This document shows positions 1 to 9,918 of a stretch of 31,386 bases of DNA, piece after piece (position 1 is the stretch's first letter; each line of letters begins with the position of its first letter). The position numbers and the translations under genes are program-made. Source of the stretch: an uncultured Phycisphaerales bacterium (lineage in GTDB: Bacteria; Planctomycetota; Phycisphaerae; Phycisphaerales; SM1A02); the NCBI GenBank assembly GCA_938084645.1, contig CALKEP010000070.1:1-31386 (forward strand). The letters run 5' to 3'. The notes beneath the pieces are model-generated. The model had not been told where the DNA came from. It did not search any database and saw nothing but the letters and a program-made list of their open reading frames with translations.

Positions 1-26
1 AGCCTCGACTTGTTCATCACTTTCAT
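1..26 (-). CDS. Possible 5' end of a gene running off the left edge (MKVMNKSR...)
   Basis: ATG at 26-24 with a second in-frame ATG at 17-15, open to position 1, preceded by GGGGA. Only 8 codons are visible. Confidence 0.3.
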
Positions 27-485
27 CGAATTGAATCCCCGGAATACAGCCCCCGGAAGGGAGCCGCGTCATGAAGTACGAACGCCGCTGGGCGGCATCC
101 CTCGTCGCGGGCCCACACCACCCTCAAGGCGGATCGCGCGGAACCAGCATCTCACCCGGGACCTTCCCGGCCGGGTCGAGCGCCAATCCAAGTCGAGCGA
201 CTGGATTCAATGCGTCCCCCCGGTTGTGATGGCCGGAAGTTATCAAGGATGATTCTTCAAGTCGACGCCATCCGCGGAACATCGGCCGATTGACTGGTGA
301 ATCAGGTATTCACCCCATCCCGACGGTTGCGGACTCGATACCGGGATGCGGATTCCTCGGACTCCTGCGGCTTGATCATGTCGCCGTAAGAACGCTCCGG
401 CGGTGAACCGATCCGAATCCAACCCGCCCAAGCCAGGCGATCCTGCTCTTCGGTACCGAGCCCTCCGATCCGGCTCGCGATGGCA

Positions 486-519
486 AAGCACCCCCCGGCA
501 CAGATGCCGAGGGGTGCTT
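486..519 (-). terminator. Intrinsic terminator-like hairpin downstream of the S9 peptidase
   Basis: AAGCACCCC-c-CGGCA / CAGA / TGCCG-a-GGGGTGCTT. The single mismatch is a G-U pair on the minus strand, giving a 15-bp stem about 27 nt after the stop. The U tract is short. Confidence 0.6.
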
Positions 520-545
520 CGAATGTCGCGACTCCGAGCGGCGGC

Positions 546-2825
546 TCAGCCTCCGGGGCTGGCATCGGTACCGATCGATGCTCCAGCGCTCGTCGCGCGC
601 CGTTCGAGCTCCTGCGCGGCGTAGAGCATCGCGTCGCGATCCTCCGCGGGCGCCGAAGCCGCCTGCGTTCGAAGCTGCGTCGCGATCGCGGGATAGGCGA
701 ACGGCCGCTGCGGTTCGGGGACCTGGGATTCGATCTGGGCGAGGACCTCCTCGATCTTGGCCTGCTGTTCCGCCCCGAGCGCGTCGAAGGAGATCGTCGT
801 CTCGGCGACGGGTGCCGGTTCCGATGCGGGATCCCACGCCTCCGCGCCATCGAACTCGAGCCCGCCGAGGTTCCGCAGCTGGGCGGTCGACGCGGCGATC
901 TCCCCCGCCATCGGCTCGACCCGACCCCCGAGATGCTCGGCGAGGAACGCCTCGACCACCGCGTTGAAGGCGTTGTTGTTCTCCGGCTTCGCGAAGCCGT
1001 GGCCCTCATCGGGGAAGACGACGTAGGTGACGGGAATTCCACTCGCCTCCATCGCTTCGACGATCTGATCGCTTTCGGAGATCTTCACCCGCGGGTCGTT
1101 CGCCCCCTGACCGATGAGAAGCGGCCTCGAGATCCGGTCGACGTGCGTGAGCGGCGAGATCGAGTCGAGGTATTCGGGATCATCCTGTGATCCGACTCGG
1201 GTCTCGAACATCACCTTCATCGGCGCCCAGTACGGCGGGATCGTCGAGAGGAGGGTCGAGATGTGCGAGGGACCCACGATGTCGACGCCACACGCCCAGA
1301 GTTCCGGATCACGAGTCATGCCCGCGAGCGTCGCGTAACCGCCGTAGGAGCCGCCCATGATCGCGAGCCGATCCGCGTCGGCCCAACCCTGATCGACCGC
1401 CCACTGAGCGGTGTCGTTCACATCGTCCTGCATCTTCGCGTACCACTCGCGGTTGCCGGCGTTGAGGAAGTCCTTCCCGAAGCCGGTCGAGCCGCGGAAG
1501 TTCACGTTGAGCACCGCGTAGCCGCGATTGGTGAGCCACTGGTGGTACGGGTTGTACCCCCAGCTGTCGCGGGCCCAGGGGCCACCGTGCACCATGACGA
1601 CCAGCGGAAGCTTGGCTTCGCCGTTCCAGCCGGCGGGCAGCGAGTAGTAGCACGGGAGCATCAGGCCGTCGCGGGCCTCGATCTCGACCGGCGTCATCTT
1701 GACCAGCGGGAGTCCTTCGAGGGCGGGACGGTTCGTGAACAGGTATCGGCCCTGCTGCGCGTCGCGATCCCAGAGCCAGTACTGGACCGGCCCGTCATCG
1801 ACGAGATACGCGACGATCCAGGTGCGGTCGTCTCCGGACCGGTCGATCACCTCGACCTCACCGTCGACGAGCGTCGCGAGGGCTTCTAGATCCGGCTTCA
1901 CCGCGGGATCGAGGATCGTCCAGGTCTTGCGGAGACGATTCGTCGCCACGGCCTCCGGCTGCTGGGTGATCGGATTGACCATCATGTCCGCGACGTCGCT
2001 TTCCTCGCTCGCGAAGATCGTCTCGCGTTCGAAGGTTCCGTCGAGGTTCGGCCGGATCGCGACGAAGCGCGCCTTGTCCCCACCACGGGCGTCGATTCCC
2101 CACATCGTCTTGCCGGTCTTGTCGAATCCGGCGGTCCGGGTGGTCATCGCGTCCTCGAGCCCGACGCGGTCGAGTTCCCGCCACTCACCATCCGGCGAAT
2201 CCCGGAATTCGCTCATGCTGCCGCCGTCGGGCGTCATCCGCGTGCGGACCCGGACGTTCCAGTCGTCATCGGGAACCATCCCGACGAAGCCATCCTCGTT
2301 GATGAAGATCGGCTCGGTGTCCCCGGTCCTCGTGTCGATTCGGACCATGTCCATCGCCTGGGGATCTCGGGCGTTGGTCTGCACCAGGATCTGGTCCGGA
2401 CGATCCCGATGCCCTCCCACCAGACTCGCCTTGACCTCGTCCCCGGGCGTGAGGTCCGTGGTCGCCCCGGTCTCGAGATCGACGGCGTACACGTGGGTGT
2501 TCTCGTTGCCACCCTTGTCCTGCACGTAGAGGATCTGATCGTTGTTCCAGGACCAGCCGTAGGAACGGATCGGCCGATCCGTCGAGTCGGTCACCGCCCG
2601 CGCTTCGCCGCCGTCGACCGGCATGACCCACACGTTGAGCACGCCGTCAAGCGGTGCGAGATACGAGATCCACTGCCCGTTCGGCGAGATCTGGACGCCG
2701 GCCCGTTCAGGATTTCCGAAGAGCGTGTCGCGGGGGATCAGGGGGACGTCGGTCGTGCCGGCGAGGGCGGCGGTCGTGGTGGTCATGGTGAGTGCGGTCG
2801 CAAGGAGTGCGGTGCGGATGGACAT
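546..2825 (-). CDS. Secreted S9-family serine peptidase (dipeptidyl aminopeptidase/acylaminoacyl peptidase type)
   Basis: Start moved to MSIRTALLATAL (signal peptide). N-terminal beta-propeller-like region, HGGPW, nucleophile GGSYGG, GANDPRV (Asp), DEGHGF (His). Confidence 0.93.
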   Translation of the reverse strand: MSIRTALLATALTMTTTTAALAGTTDVPLIPRDTLFGNPERAGVQISPNGQWISYLAPLDGVLNVWVMPVDGGEARAVTDSTDRPIRSYGWSWNNDQILYVQDKGGNENTHVYAVDLETGATTDLTPGDEVKASLVGGHRDRPDQILVQTNARDPQAMDMVRIDTRTGDTEPIFINEDGFVGMVPDDDWNVRVRTRMTPDGGSMSEFRDSPDGEWRELDRVGLEDAMTTRTAGFDKTGKTMWGIDARGGDKARFVAIRPNLDGTFERETIFASEESDVADMMVNPITQQPEAVATNRLRKTWTILDPAVKPDLEALATLVDGEVEVIDRSGDDRTWIVAYLVDDGPVQYWLWDRDAQQGRYLFTNRPALEGLPLVKMTPVEIEARDGLMLPCYYSLPAGWNGEAKLPLVVMVHGGPWARDSWGYNPYHQWLTNRGYAVLNVNFRGSTGFGKDFLNAGNREWYAKMQDDVNDTAQWAVDQGWADADRLAIMGGSYGGYATLAGMTRDPELWACGVDIVGPSHISTLLSTIPPYWAPMKVMFETRVGSQDDPEYLDSISPLTHVDRISRPLLIGQGANDPRVKISESDQIVEAMEASGIPVTYVVFPDEGHGFAKPENNNAFNAVVEAFLAEHLGGRVEPMAGEIAASTAQLRNLGGLEFDGAEAWDPASEPAPVAETTISFDALGAEQQAKIEEVLAQIESQVPEPQRPFAYPAIATQLRTQAASAPAEDRDAMLYAAQELERRATSAGASIGTDASPGG

Positions 2826-2999
2826 GAGAGAAGGTTTCCCGGTGACGGAGACATCGAAAGGAAGGCGATGCGTCGAACTTGCTCGAGGCCGCCATCCCGA
2901 CTTGTTGGACGGAAGCCCGAAACGATTTCGTCGCCCTGGGCATTGTCGCCGAAATCGGCCGATCCGCCAGTCGGGAAGCCCCGATCCACCCACCGGACG

Positions 3000-3638
3000 T
3001 CAGTCCCACCACCAGTACAGGAACCCGTCGGGCCCGAGCTGCGTGAGTCCGAACGCGAGGGCCCAGACGATCGCGACGATCCCGAGGTAGTGGATTCCTG
3101 CCCGCCATCGTCGTACGACGGCGAAGACCACGACGGCGATCGGCCAGGTCACGAACAGGATGAGCGAGGGCAACCAGAAGCAATGCTGCGCGATCTCCAC
3201 GTGGAGATTCAGCGCCGATGAGAATCCCGCGTTGCCGATGTTCGCCGGCCAGCCGCCGAGACTCAGGTACATGTGGATCGCCAGCGTGTACCACGCACCG
3301 ACCAGGAGGATGGCGGGGATCATCGAACAGGCCACCAGCCTCGGGGACAGCGGGCGACGCAGCAGTGGGATGCCGCCGAAGAAGGCGAGCAGGCCCGGAA
3401 CGCCGGTCACCACGAGGAGGTAGCTCAGACCGAATCCACTCGTCGTGCGGAACCAGATCGCCATGGCGGCCAGCAGCACGGCGGCCGCCACGCCGATCCA
3501 CACCTGGCGTCGGTGATGCTCGAACCCGCGTTCCGTGACGAAACTCGCGGGATCCCCTGGATCGAAGCGACGGCCACATTCGGGGCAGGGTCCCGCCCCG
3601 AGGCCGGAGAGGTCGTACTGGCAATCACGACAGTGCAT
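3000..3638 (-). CDS. Zinc-ribbon membrane protein, function unknown
   Basis: N-terminal CRDCQYDLSGL...CPECG followed by about five hydrophobic segments. Confidence 0.8.
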   Translation of the reverse strand: MHCRDCQYDLSGLGAGPCPECGRRFDPGDPASFVTERGFEHHRRQVWIGVAAAVLLAAMAIWFRTTSGFGLSYLLVVTGVPGLLAFFGGIPLLRRPLSPRLVACSMIPAILLVGAWYTLAIHMYLSLGGWPANIGNAGFSSALNLHVEIAQHCFWLPSLILFVTWPIAVVVFAVVRRWRAGIHYLGIVAIVWALAFGLTQLGPDGFLYWWWD

Positions 3639-3733
3639 GGGGCCGATTGTGGCAGATTCCCGACCGGATCACCGATGCGGCGTCGAGCCCCGGACCAGCC
3701 TCACGCCCACGCGAGGATTCCCGATCGACGGGC

Positions 3734-5185
3734 TCACCCCGTCCAGGCGGCAAGGAGGTCGCCGATGTCGAGCGCATTGGTGTCGCCGTCACCGTTCACG
3801 TCACCCCCGGTGCTTCCGGCGCCCCACCAGGCGAGCACCAGGCCGAGATCCGCAGGACCCACCTGACCGTCACCGTTGAGGTCCGCCGGGTTGCCGGGGG
3901 TCTCGGGCTCGATCGCCGCGAAGAAGTTCCAGACCTCGCGGGTCGCATCGATGTCCATGTTGCCGGACTGCCCGGGCCAGTCGTGCCCACCACCGTTGAT
4001 CTGGTAGTAGTGGAATTCCCGGCCGTGGTCCCGCCCCGAGTAGATGTCGAGCCGGACGGTGCTTCCATCGTTCGGGTCGGTGTCGTCGAGGGTGCGTCGA
4101 TCGAGGATCGGGGTCTCGAGTTCATCGATCCAGAAATCATTCATCTCTGGAATGGGCCGGTACGCCCCCCAGCCACCGGTGTTGTTCATGTCGCCGCCGA
4201 AGAGCGTCACGCCGTCGGCGGTGCCGTTCATGGAGAGGATCGGACGCAGGAATTCCGGATCGCAGGACAGAAAGAGCGGATCCAGCATCATCCCGATGAT
4301 CGGGGCGAAGCCCTTGAAGGTCCCCGACTCCTGACACGCGAGCTGGAAGCACATCTCCGCGCCGTTCGAGAAGCCGGTGACGAAGGTCCGTTCCGCATCG
4401 AGACCGAGGGTCTTCTGGAGGTGCGTCGCGAGCGCCGAGAGGAAGCCGTTGTCGTCGATGTCGAACTGCGGATGGAACGCGTAGTCGACATCCCAGAATC
4501 GGGCGTTGAACTGATCGCGGGTCCCATTCGGGAACGCGACCACGAATCCGCCCTCGTCGGCCATCTCACGCCAGCCGTAGTTGTTCAACATGTCGTTGTT
4601 GCCGCCGCCGTAACCGTGCAGCACGAGCACCAGCGCAGCGGGCTCCGGCAGATCCGTCGGTACATGGATTCGATACTGCCGGGTGAGTCCGTCGTGCTGG
4701 AAGTCGATGTTCGGCGCGTCAGGCGGCCCGTCCCCGTACTCGACGCTGATCGTCCCGGTTCCGCGCTCCCCGTCGAAACCACCGACCCGAAGCAGATACG
4801 TCTCACCCTCCACGCCCGTGAAGTTCATGCGGGAGGTGTATCCCGAGCAGCCCGAGCCATCGTCGTTGCAGGCGATGAGGTCGCCGTCGCATTCGGTGTA
4901 GAGCGCCAGCCGGGTGTCGAAGTCCGCGGCGTCGCAGGTCGAGACGATGATGCCCGCCGACTGGTCCGGGATGAGCGTGTACCAGATGTCCGAACCGAAT
5001 CCGTTTCCGAAGCCTTCGTCGCATTCGGCGGGAAGTCCCGGCCCGTCATCGGACGCGCCGAGGGTGGAGAACGGGGTGAGCCCGAAGCCGATCGCCGAGG
5101 CGTTCGAGCAGTCGTCGTTGATCGATTGCGCCTGCGCGAACGTGGTCGGAAACGCGAGGGCGAACAAGATGATCGCTGTCTTCAT
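3734..5185 (-). CDS. Secreted alpha/beta-hydrolase esterase (LpqC/PHB-depolymerase-like) with N-terminal Cys-containing beta-sandwich and C-terminal dockerin-like domain
   Basis: Signal peptide; LHGYGG, GFSNG (Ser), NGTAD (Asp), GGGHDWPG (His); tail ADLNGDGQVGPADLGLVLAWWG...GDVNGDGDTNALDIGDLLAAW. Confidence 0.85.
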   Translation of the reverse strand: MKTAIILFALAFPTTFAQAQSINDDCSNASAIGFGLTPFSTLGASDDGPGLPAECDEGFGNGFGSDIWYTLIPDQSAGIIVSTCDAADFDTRLALYTECDGDLIACNDDGSGCSGYTSRMNFTGVEGETYLLRVGGFDGERGTGTISVEYGDGPPDAPNIDFQHDGLTRQYRIHVPTDLPEPAALVLVLHGYGGGNNDMLNNYGWREMADEGGFVVAFPNGTRDQFNARFWDVDYAFHPQFDIDDNGFLSALATHLQKTLGLDAERTFVTGFSNGAEMCFQLACQESGTFKGFAPIIGMMLDPLFLSCDPEFLRPILSMNGTADGVTLFGGDMNNTGGWGAYRPIPEMNDFWIDELETPILDRRTLDDTDPNDGSTVRLDIYSGRDHGREFHYYQINGGGHDWPGQSGNMDIDATREVWNFFAAIEPETPGNPADLNGDGQVGPADLGLVLAWWGAGSTGGDVNGDGDTNALDIGDLLAAWTG

Positions 5186-5279
5186 GGGTCAAACCTAGCC
5201 TGCCGGCGAAGGGCCGGTCACTGAAACTCGACGATTCCCGGGATTTCACAAACCGAGTCGGGGCGATGATCGAGCATCT

Positions 5280-5315
5280 CGATGTTCCCGGCCGCCGGAG
5301 CGGCCGGGAACATCG
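5280..5315. repeat. Perfect 16-bp inverted repeat with 4-nt loop
   Basis: CGATGTTCCCGGCCGC-CGGA-GCGGCCGGGAACATCG in the divergent intergenic region. Confidence 0.85.
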
Positions 5316-5552
5316 TCCGCCTGGCCCCGAAGGCCACGCTGCGAGGCCGGGAGGGATCATTGCACGCGGCATCCCGGCGTTCTGCCGGGCCGGTCTGGCC
5401 TCCTGGATCCTGCAACACGCTCGCGATCGTGAATCCGAGACGGTCTCCCCGAATCGAAGCGACGTTCGCCGCCCGTTCGCCTTCTCGCACCGGCCCCGAC
5501 GACGCGGTGGACCGGTTCAGGCCCATGAAACGGGAGTGCAAGAGTGGAATCC

Positions 5553-5572
5553 GGAAATTTCCCGCCTATACT
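5553..5572 (+). promoter_or_regulatory. GGAAATTTCC palindrome (copy 1) immediately upstream of a TATACT -10 element
   Basis: Palindrome at 5553-5562, TATACT at 5567-5572, gene start at 5642. Confidence 0.6.
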
Positions 5573-5641
5573 CGGGCATTGAAAGAGTCCCGTTTTTGAT
5601 GAAGAGACGCCGATTCTTCGGCGAGCATCCGGAGTCGACCC

Positions 5642-8566
5642 ATGATCACTGCGCTTCTTCTCGCCGCCGTTCCCGCGTTCACCGACTGCAACCAGAACGG
5701 CATCGATGATGCCGTCGAAATCGCCAAGGGGATTGCGGCCGACTGTCAGGGGAACGGGATCCCGGACGAGTGCGAACGCGGAGGCGTCGAACCCCTCGCG
5801 TACTGGCGCTTCGAGGAAGCCGGTGGTGAACTCGTCGAGGACGCCGGGCCGTACGGACTCGACGGCACCACGCTGGACACCACCGTGAGCGACGAGATCG
5901 GCTACCCGATCATCCCCCAGACGGGGGCGGCGAACCACCGCGGGCGGACCATCGCCGGCGACGGCTCGATTCGCGTGGCGGACCCGGAAGGACTCCTCTC
6001 TTTCGGAGGGGAGGCGTTCACGATCGAGGCCTGGGTCCGTCTCGAAGAACTCTCCAACACCAACGGTCCGAATCAACGCCAGACCCTCGTCCAGAAGAAG
6101 CCCATCTCGGCCGGCGGGACCGAGATCGACTACCTCGTGTTCGCCCAGGCCGGTGATGCGACCTTGAACGCGAACGGACCGAGGTACGGCAAGACCGATG
6201 GCCTGACGGGCCGCGAAATCGCCGTGGTGTTCGGAACCGGCGGCGGTTCCTCGCCGACCTGGATCGTGACCTCCTCGCTCGAAATCGATGATCACGACTG
6301 GCATCACATCTCGGTCTCGCTCGCCGGCGGGGACGATCGACGGCTCCGTTTCACCCTCGACGGCGAGGTGTCGATCGTGTCCTTCGACGAGATCGGCCAC
6401 ACCACCAGCGAGGGCCCGCTGCTCATCGGTGCCCACACCAACGCGAACGGCGTCTACAACCAGTTTCTCCGTGGCGACGTGGACGAGGTCCGGATCTGCG
6501 ACCGATACCTTCCCGACGAACTGCTCCTCGCGGACTTTCGCGGTGGAGACTGCAACGGCAACGGCGTGCCGGACGGGTGCGAGATCGAAGCCGGCGACGC
6601 GACGGACTGCGACGGCGACGGGCAACCGGATTCCTGCCAGATCGACGGCAACGATTGCGACGGCAACGGCATCCCGGACCAGTGCGATCCCGATTGCAAC
6701 GGCAATGGAATTCCCGATGCGTGCGACATCGGCTCCGGGACCAGTCTCGACTGCCAGCCCGACGGCATCCCAGACGAATGCCAGGTGGAGGGCGGGGTCC
6801 GCGTCGGATACGACGAGACGGGATTCGCCTACATCGCGATCCGCTCCGACCTTCCGTACATGATCTGGATGCAGCGGTGCAACGCGCCTGCCGCGAACAG
6901 CGTCGTCGACGCCATCGAAGTCGATTTCGGCTTCGCCCCACCGAACGCGGCGGTCACCGCGTGCATCTGGAGCGATCCCGACGCCGACGGCGATCCCCGC
7001 GACGCCCAGTTGCTCTGGTCCCTCGATGGGACCATCGGCGATCAGGACGGACTCGTCACGATCGACACGCCGGGAATCCCGGTGGGCGACCGCAACGCCT
7101 CGTTCTTCGTGGGATTCTCGATGATCGTGAATCTCGACCCCGTCGATGGCGACTTCCCCGCCTCGATGGACATCTTCGGCGATCCCGCGCCCGGCCGCGC
7201 CTGGCTGATCGGAAGCTCGTCGCCGATCGATCTCAACGACGTCTCCGCGTTCTCCGAGGAGTACGACCTCGTCGAAGACCGGTACTTCGCGGGCAACTGG
7301 CTGCTTCGCGCCCGAACCTCGAATCCCGGTATCGACTGCAACGGCAACGGGATTCCCGATGACTGCGACGTCGCGGAAGGCACGAGCCCCGATCTGGACG
7401 GCGACGGACGGCCGGACGAATGCGGCGACTGCAACGCCAACGGAATCCTCGACGGTTTCGAGATCGCCGACGGAACGCTTGCGGACTGCGATGGCGACGC
7501 GATTCCAGACGAATGCCAGTCGGCGGCCAACGACTGCGATGCCGACGGGGTTCCGGATTCGTGCCAGCTCGCCGCCGGCGGTGACTGCAATGGAAACGGC
7601 ATCCTCGATGTCTGCGACATCGCCTCGGGATATGCGAACGACGTCAACAAGAACCTCGTCCCCGACACCTGCGAGGACTGCAACGGCAACGGGATCATCG
7701 ACGAGGACGACATCCTCCTGGGACGAAGCACGGACTGCGATCTCGACGGCATTCCGGACGAGTGCCAGTTCGGCACGCCGGAGACCACGGGGATCTACGC
7801 CCACCACGACGGGACCGCCGAAAGCTACATCAACCTGATCGGCGCCAATGAATACGCATGGGGCGTGCGGCACCTCGTCGAGCCCGGGGGCGAGTGGATC
7901 AGTGCGGTCGAGCTCAACTGGGGCCTGGCCTGGCCCGGCGAGGTCGCGAAGGTCGCGGTCTGGAAGGACCCGAACGGCGACGGACTGGTCGACGACGCCG
8001 AACTGCTCGTCGAGGTGGAGACGCTGACGACGGAGGTGTACGGCGAGACGTTCGTCCGCGTCCCGATCCCACCGACCCGGGTCGGCGATGCCGGACAGTC
8101 CTTCTTCGTGGGCGCCTGGTACACCCATCCCTACGGTGGTTCCGCGATGACGCTGGACTACAGCAACCCGGCCCCCTCCGACAGCTGGTTCGTCGCCGCG
8201 GTCGACGGCCAGAGTCTCGATCTCGCGAACCTGTCGTCCGGCTTCATCTTCCCCTTTCCCGGAGCCGACTTCCTGATCTCCGGCGTGGCCCACGACGGCA
8301 CGACCTTCCCGGGCGACTGCAACGTGAACGGTCTGCTCGATGCGTGCGACCTCGACTCGGACGGAGACGGCATCCCCGACGACTGCGAACCGCAGTGCGA
8401 GGGCGACCTCGACGCCAACGGGATCGTGGACGGCTCGGACGTCGGACTCTTCTTCGCGTCGTGGGGCCCGTGCCCGGACGACTGCCTCGCCGACTTCAAC
8501 GGTGACGGCATCGTCGACGGCGTCGATCTCGGTTCCGTGCTGGAATCCTGGGGGCCCTGCTTCTGA
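5642..8566 (+). CDS. Secreted LamG-like jelly-roll protein with about 18 Cys/Asp (thrombospondin-3-like, putative Ca-binding) repeats, two copies of an uncharacterised domain and a C-terminal dockerin-like domain
   Basis: Short signal peptide; AYWRFEE...FTIEAWV...WHHI...GDVDEVRI (LamG); DCNGNGIPDxC repeats; tail GDLDANGIVDGSD...ADFNGDGIVDGVDLGSVLESWGPCF. Confidence 0.85.
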   Translation: MITALLLAAVPAFTDCNQNGIDDAVEIAKGIAADCQGNGIPDECERGGVEPLAYWRFEEAGGELVEDAGPYGLDGTTLDTTVSDEIGYPIIPQTGAANHRGRTIAGDGSIRVADPEGLLSFGGEAFTIEAWVRLEELSNTNGPNQRQTLVQKKPISAGGTEIDYLVFAQAGDATLNANGPRYGKTDGLTGREIAVVFGTGGGSSPTWIVTSSLEIDDHDWHHISVSLAGGDDRRLRFTLDGEVSIVSFDEIGHTTSEGPLLIGAHTNANGVYNQFLRGDVDEVRICDRYLPDELLLADFRGGDCNGNGVPDGCEIEAGDATDCDGDGQPDSCQIDGNDCDGNGIPDQCDPDCNGNGIPDACDIGSGTSLDCQPDGIPDECQVEGGVRVGYDETGFAYIAIRSDLPYMIWMQRCNAPAANSVVDAIEVDFGFAPPNAAVTACIWSDPDADGDPRDAQLLWSLDGTIGDQDGLVTIDTPGIPVGDRNASFFVGFSMIVNLDPVDGDFPASMDIFGDPAPGRAWLIGSSSPIDLNDVSAFSEEYDLVEDRYFAGNWLLRARTSNPGIDCNGNGIPDDCDVAEGTSPDLDGDGRPDECGDCNANGILDGFEIADGTLADCDGDAIPDECQSAANDCDADGVPDSCQLAAGGDCNGNGILDVCDIASGYANDVNKNLVPDTCEDCNGNGIIDEDDILLGRSTDCDLDGIPDECQFGTPETTGIYAHHDGTAESYINLIGANEYAWGVRHLVEPGGEWISAVELNWGLAWPGEVAKVAVWKDPNGDGLVDDAELLVEVETLTTEVYGETFVRVPIPPTRVGDAGQSFFVGAWYTHPYGGSAMTLDYSNPAPSDSWFVAAVDGQSLDLANLSSGFIFPFPGADFLISGVAHDGTTFPGDCNVNGLLDACDLDSDGDGIPDDCEPQCEGDLDANGIVDGSDVGLFFASWGPCPDDCLADFNGDGIVDGVDLGSVLESWGPCF

Positions 8567-8583
8567 GGCGCAGGCCGGCGCGT

Positions 8584-9918
8584 TCAGCGACCGGCGTCGT
8601 CCAGATCGAGATCCGCACGGAGGATCCGTCCGTCCTCGGTGCCGAGGAATACGTCGCCATTGAAGACGGCGAAGGATCGCGGCTCGAGGTCCGAGAGACG
8701 GGCGACGGTCGAGAGACGATCGGGATCGAGCGTGCTTCCCGACAGGATCTCGAACCGCTCGGCCGGTTCCCCGTCCTCGGGCCGGCCGGAGCCAGCGAGC
8801 ACGAGGAACCGCCGGTCACCCGGAATGAAGCTCACGTCAAGCACGCGTCGATCACGCCAACCCTCCAGCTCGACCACCCGGTCGCCGTCGATCCGAAAGA
8901 CCTTCTCCGCACCGCGTCGCCCTTTTCTCGCGATCACCAGTCCCCAGGCCTCCTCCGGAACCTCGAAGGTCCGAAGCGGCAGCATCTCCGACAGCGGCCC
9001 CTCGAGATCGACCCACTCGGCGATCCCGTCCCGATGGGTCACCACGATGGATCGGCCTTCGATCGGCCCCTCCGTCTGGTAGGGGTTCAGGTAGCCGAGC
9101 ACGTAGAGGCGGTCGCCGCTCGCGAGCAGACGTCGGAACCGGGTGTCGTATCCCACCGCGGGGACTTCGACGCGCAGGACCGTTCGGAAGGTCTCCCCCC
9201 CGTCGTCGCTCCTCCACAGGTAGCGAAACACCTTTCCGTTCCCGAACTCGAAACGATGGTCGGCACCGGATCCGACCGCGTAGATCGATCCGTCGAAGCC
9301 GGCGATGTCGTGGACATGCTCGCCACCGGGGATGTTCCGGTACTTCCTCCAGATCGGCTCACCATCCACGGACTCGAGTTTGAACACGTTCCCCTCGATC
9401 AACTTGGTCTGGACGCGCTCCCCATCGACCGACCGCCAGATCCCGGCCTTGGTCTGCGTCCATGCTTCGTCGGCGTTGGTCGAATCGACGCCCGGTTGCC
9501 AGAGCGATCCCGCGACCACGCGATAGGGCTCGATCTGCTCCTCCCCCGTGTCGCCGGGATTCCGCTGTCGCGCGCCCTGTCCCGAGGCGAAGACGTCCGC
9601 GGTGCGGGCCACCGGGTCGTCGGCGCCTGCGAACCACCGGAACTCGACCGGGATCTCGCTGCCAAGGTTCCGGGTCGCGTCCCCGTATCCCATCCAGAGT
9701 CGTCCCTCGAAGGGGCGCAGGGTGGTGATCCCCTGATCGAAGTCGCCGTCGAAGGCCGCCTCGCCGACCGCGAGCGCGTCCGGGATCGGCTCGGCCCATG
9801 CTTCGAACCCACCGACACGAATCGCCGACACGCCCTTCTCGGGGGTGGCGCCGCATCCGCCGCACACCAGCGGCAGCATGATGGGAACACCGATCCAGCT
9901 TGCGAGCGACCTGTTCAT
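8584..9918 (-). CDS. Putative lipoprotein, probable beta-propeller with an Asp-box
   Basis: Start moved to MNRSLASW (GGAGG just upstream). Hydrophobic stretch ending VCGGC (lipobox-like); Asp-box RSDDGGETF. Confidence 0.7.
   Translation of the reverse strand: MNRSLASWIGVPIMLPLVCGGCGATPEKGVSAIRVGGFEAWAEPIPDALAVGEAAFDGDFDQGITTLRPFEGRLWMGYGDATRNLGSEIPVEFRWFAGADDPVARTADVFASGQGARQRNPGDTGEEQIEPYRVVAGSLWQPGVDSTNADEAWTQTKAGIWRSVDGERVQTKLIEGNVFKLESVDGEPIWRKYRNIPGGEHVHDIAGFDGSIYAVGSGADHRFEFGNGKVFRYLWRSDDGGETFRTVLRVEVPAVGYDTRFRRLLASGDRLYVLGYLNPYQTEGPIEGRSIVVTHRDGIAEWVDLEGPLSEMLPLRTFEVPEEAWGLVIARKGRRGAEKVFRIDGDRVVELEGWRDRRVLDVSFIPGDRRFLVLAGSGRPEDGEPAERFEILSGSTLDPDRLSTVARLSDLEPRSFAVFNGDVFLGTEDGRILRADLDLDDAGR

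Noticed and set aside
2826..2993. N-terminal extensions of track ORFs (S9 peptidase; also lipoprotein, SRPBCC, second LamG, furA, katG, ATPase, futA, FAAL)
   Set aside because: They are low-complexity or overlap promoters and neighbouring genes. Downstream ATGs give signal peptides, ribosome-binding sites or coupled starts.
6545..7770. Recurring GACTGCAACGGCAACGG-like DNA repeats that might suggest a CRISPR array
   Set aside because: They are degenerate at third codon positions, irregularly spaced and in frame, encoding DCNGNG protein repeats. No cas genes are present.
5357..8293. 978-aa minus-strand ORF, and similar long antisense ORFs at 3647-5224, 10557-12308, 14290-16791, 20542-22176, 21888-23519, 22904-24736, 27077-28594 and 29055-30521
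   Set aside because: They are shadows of well-supported genes on the opposite strand. High-GC codon bias suppresses antisense stops, and the translations have no motifs.
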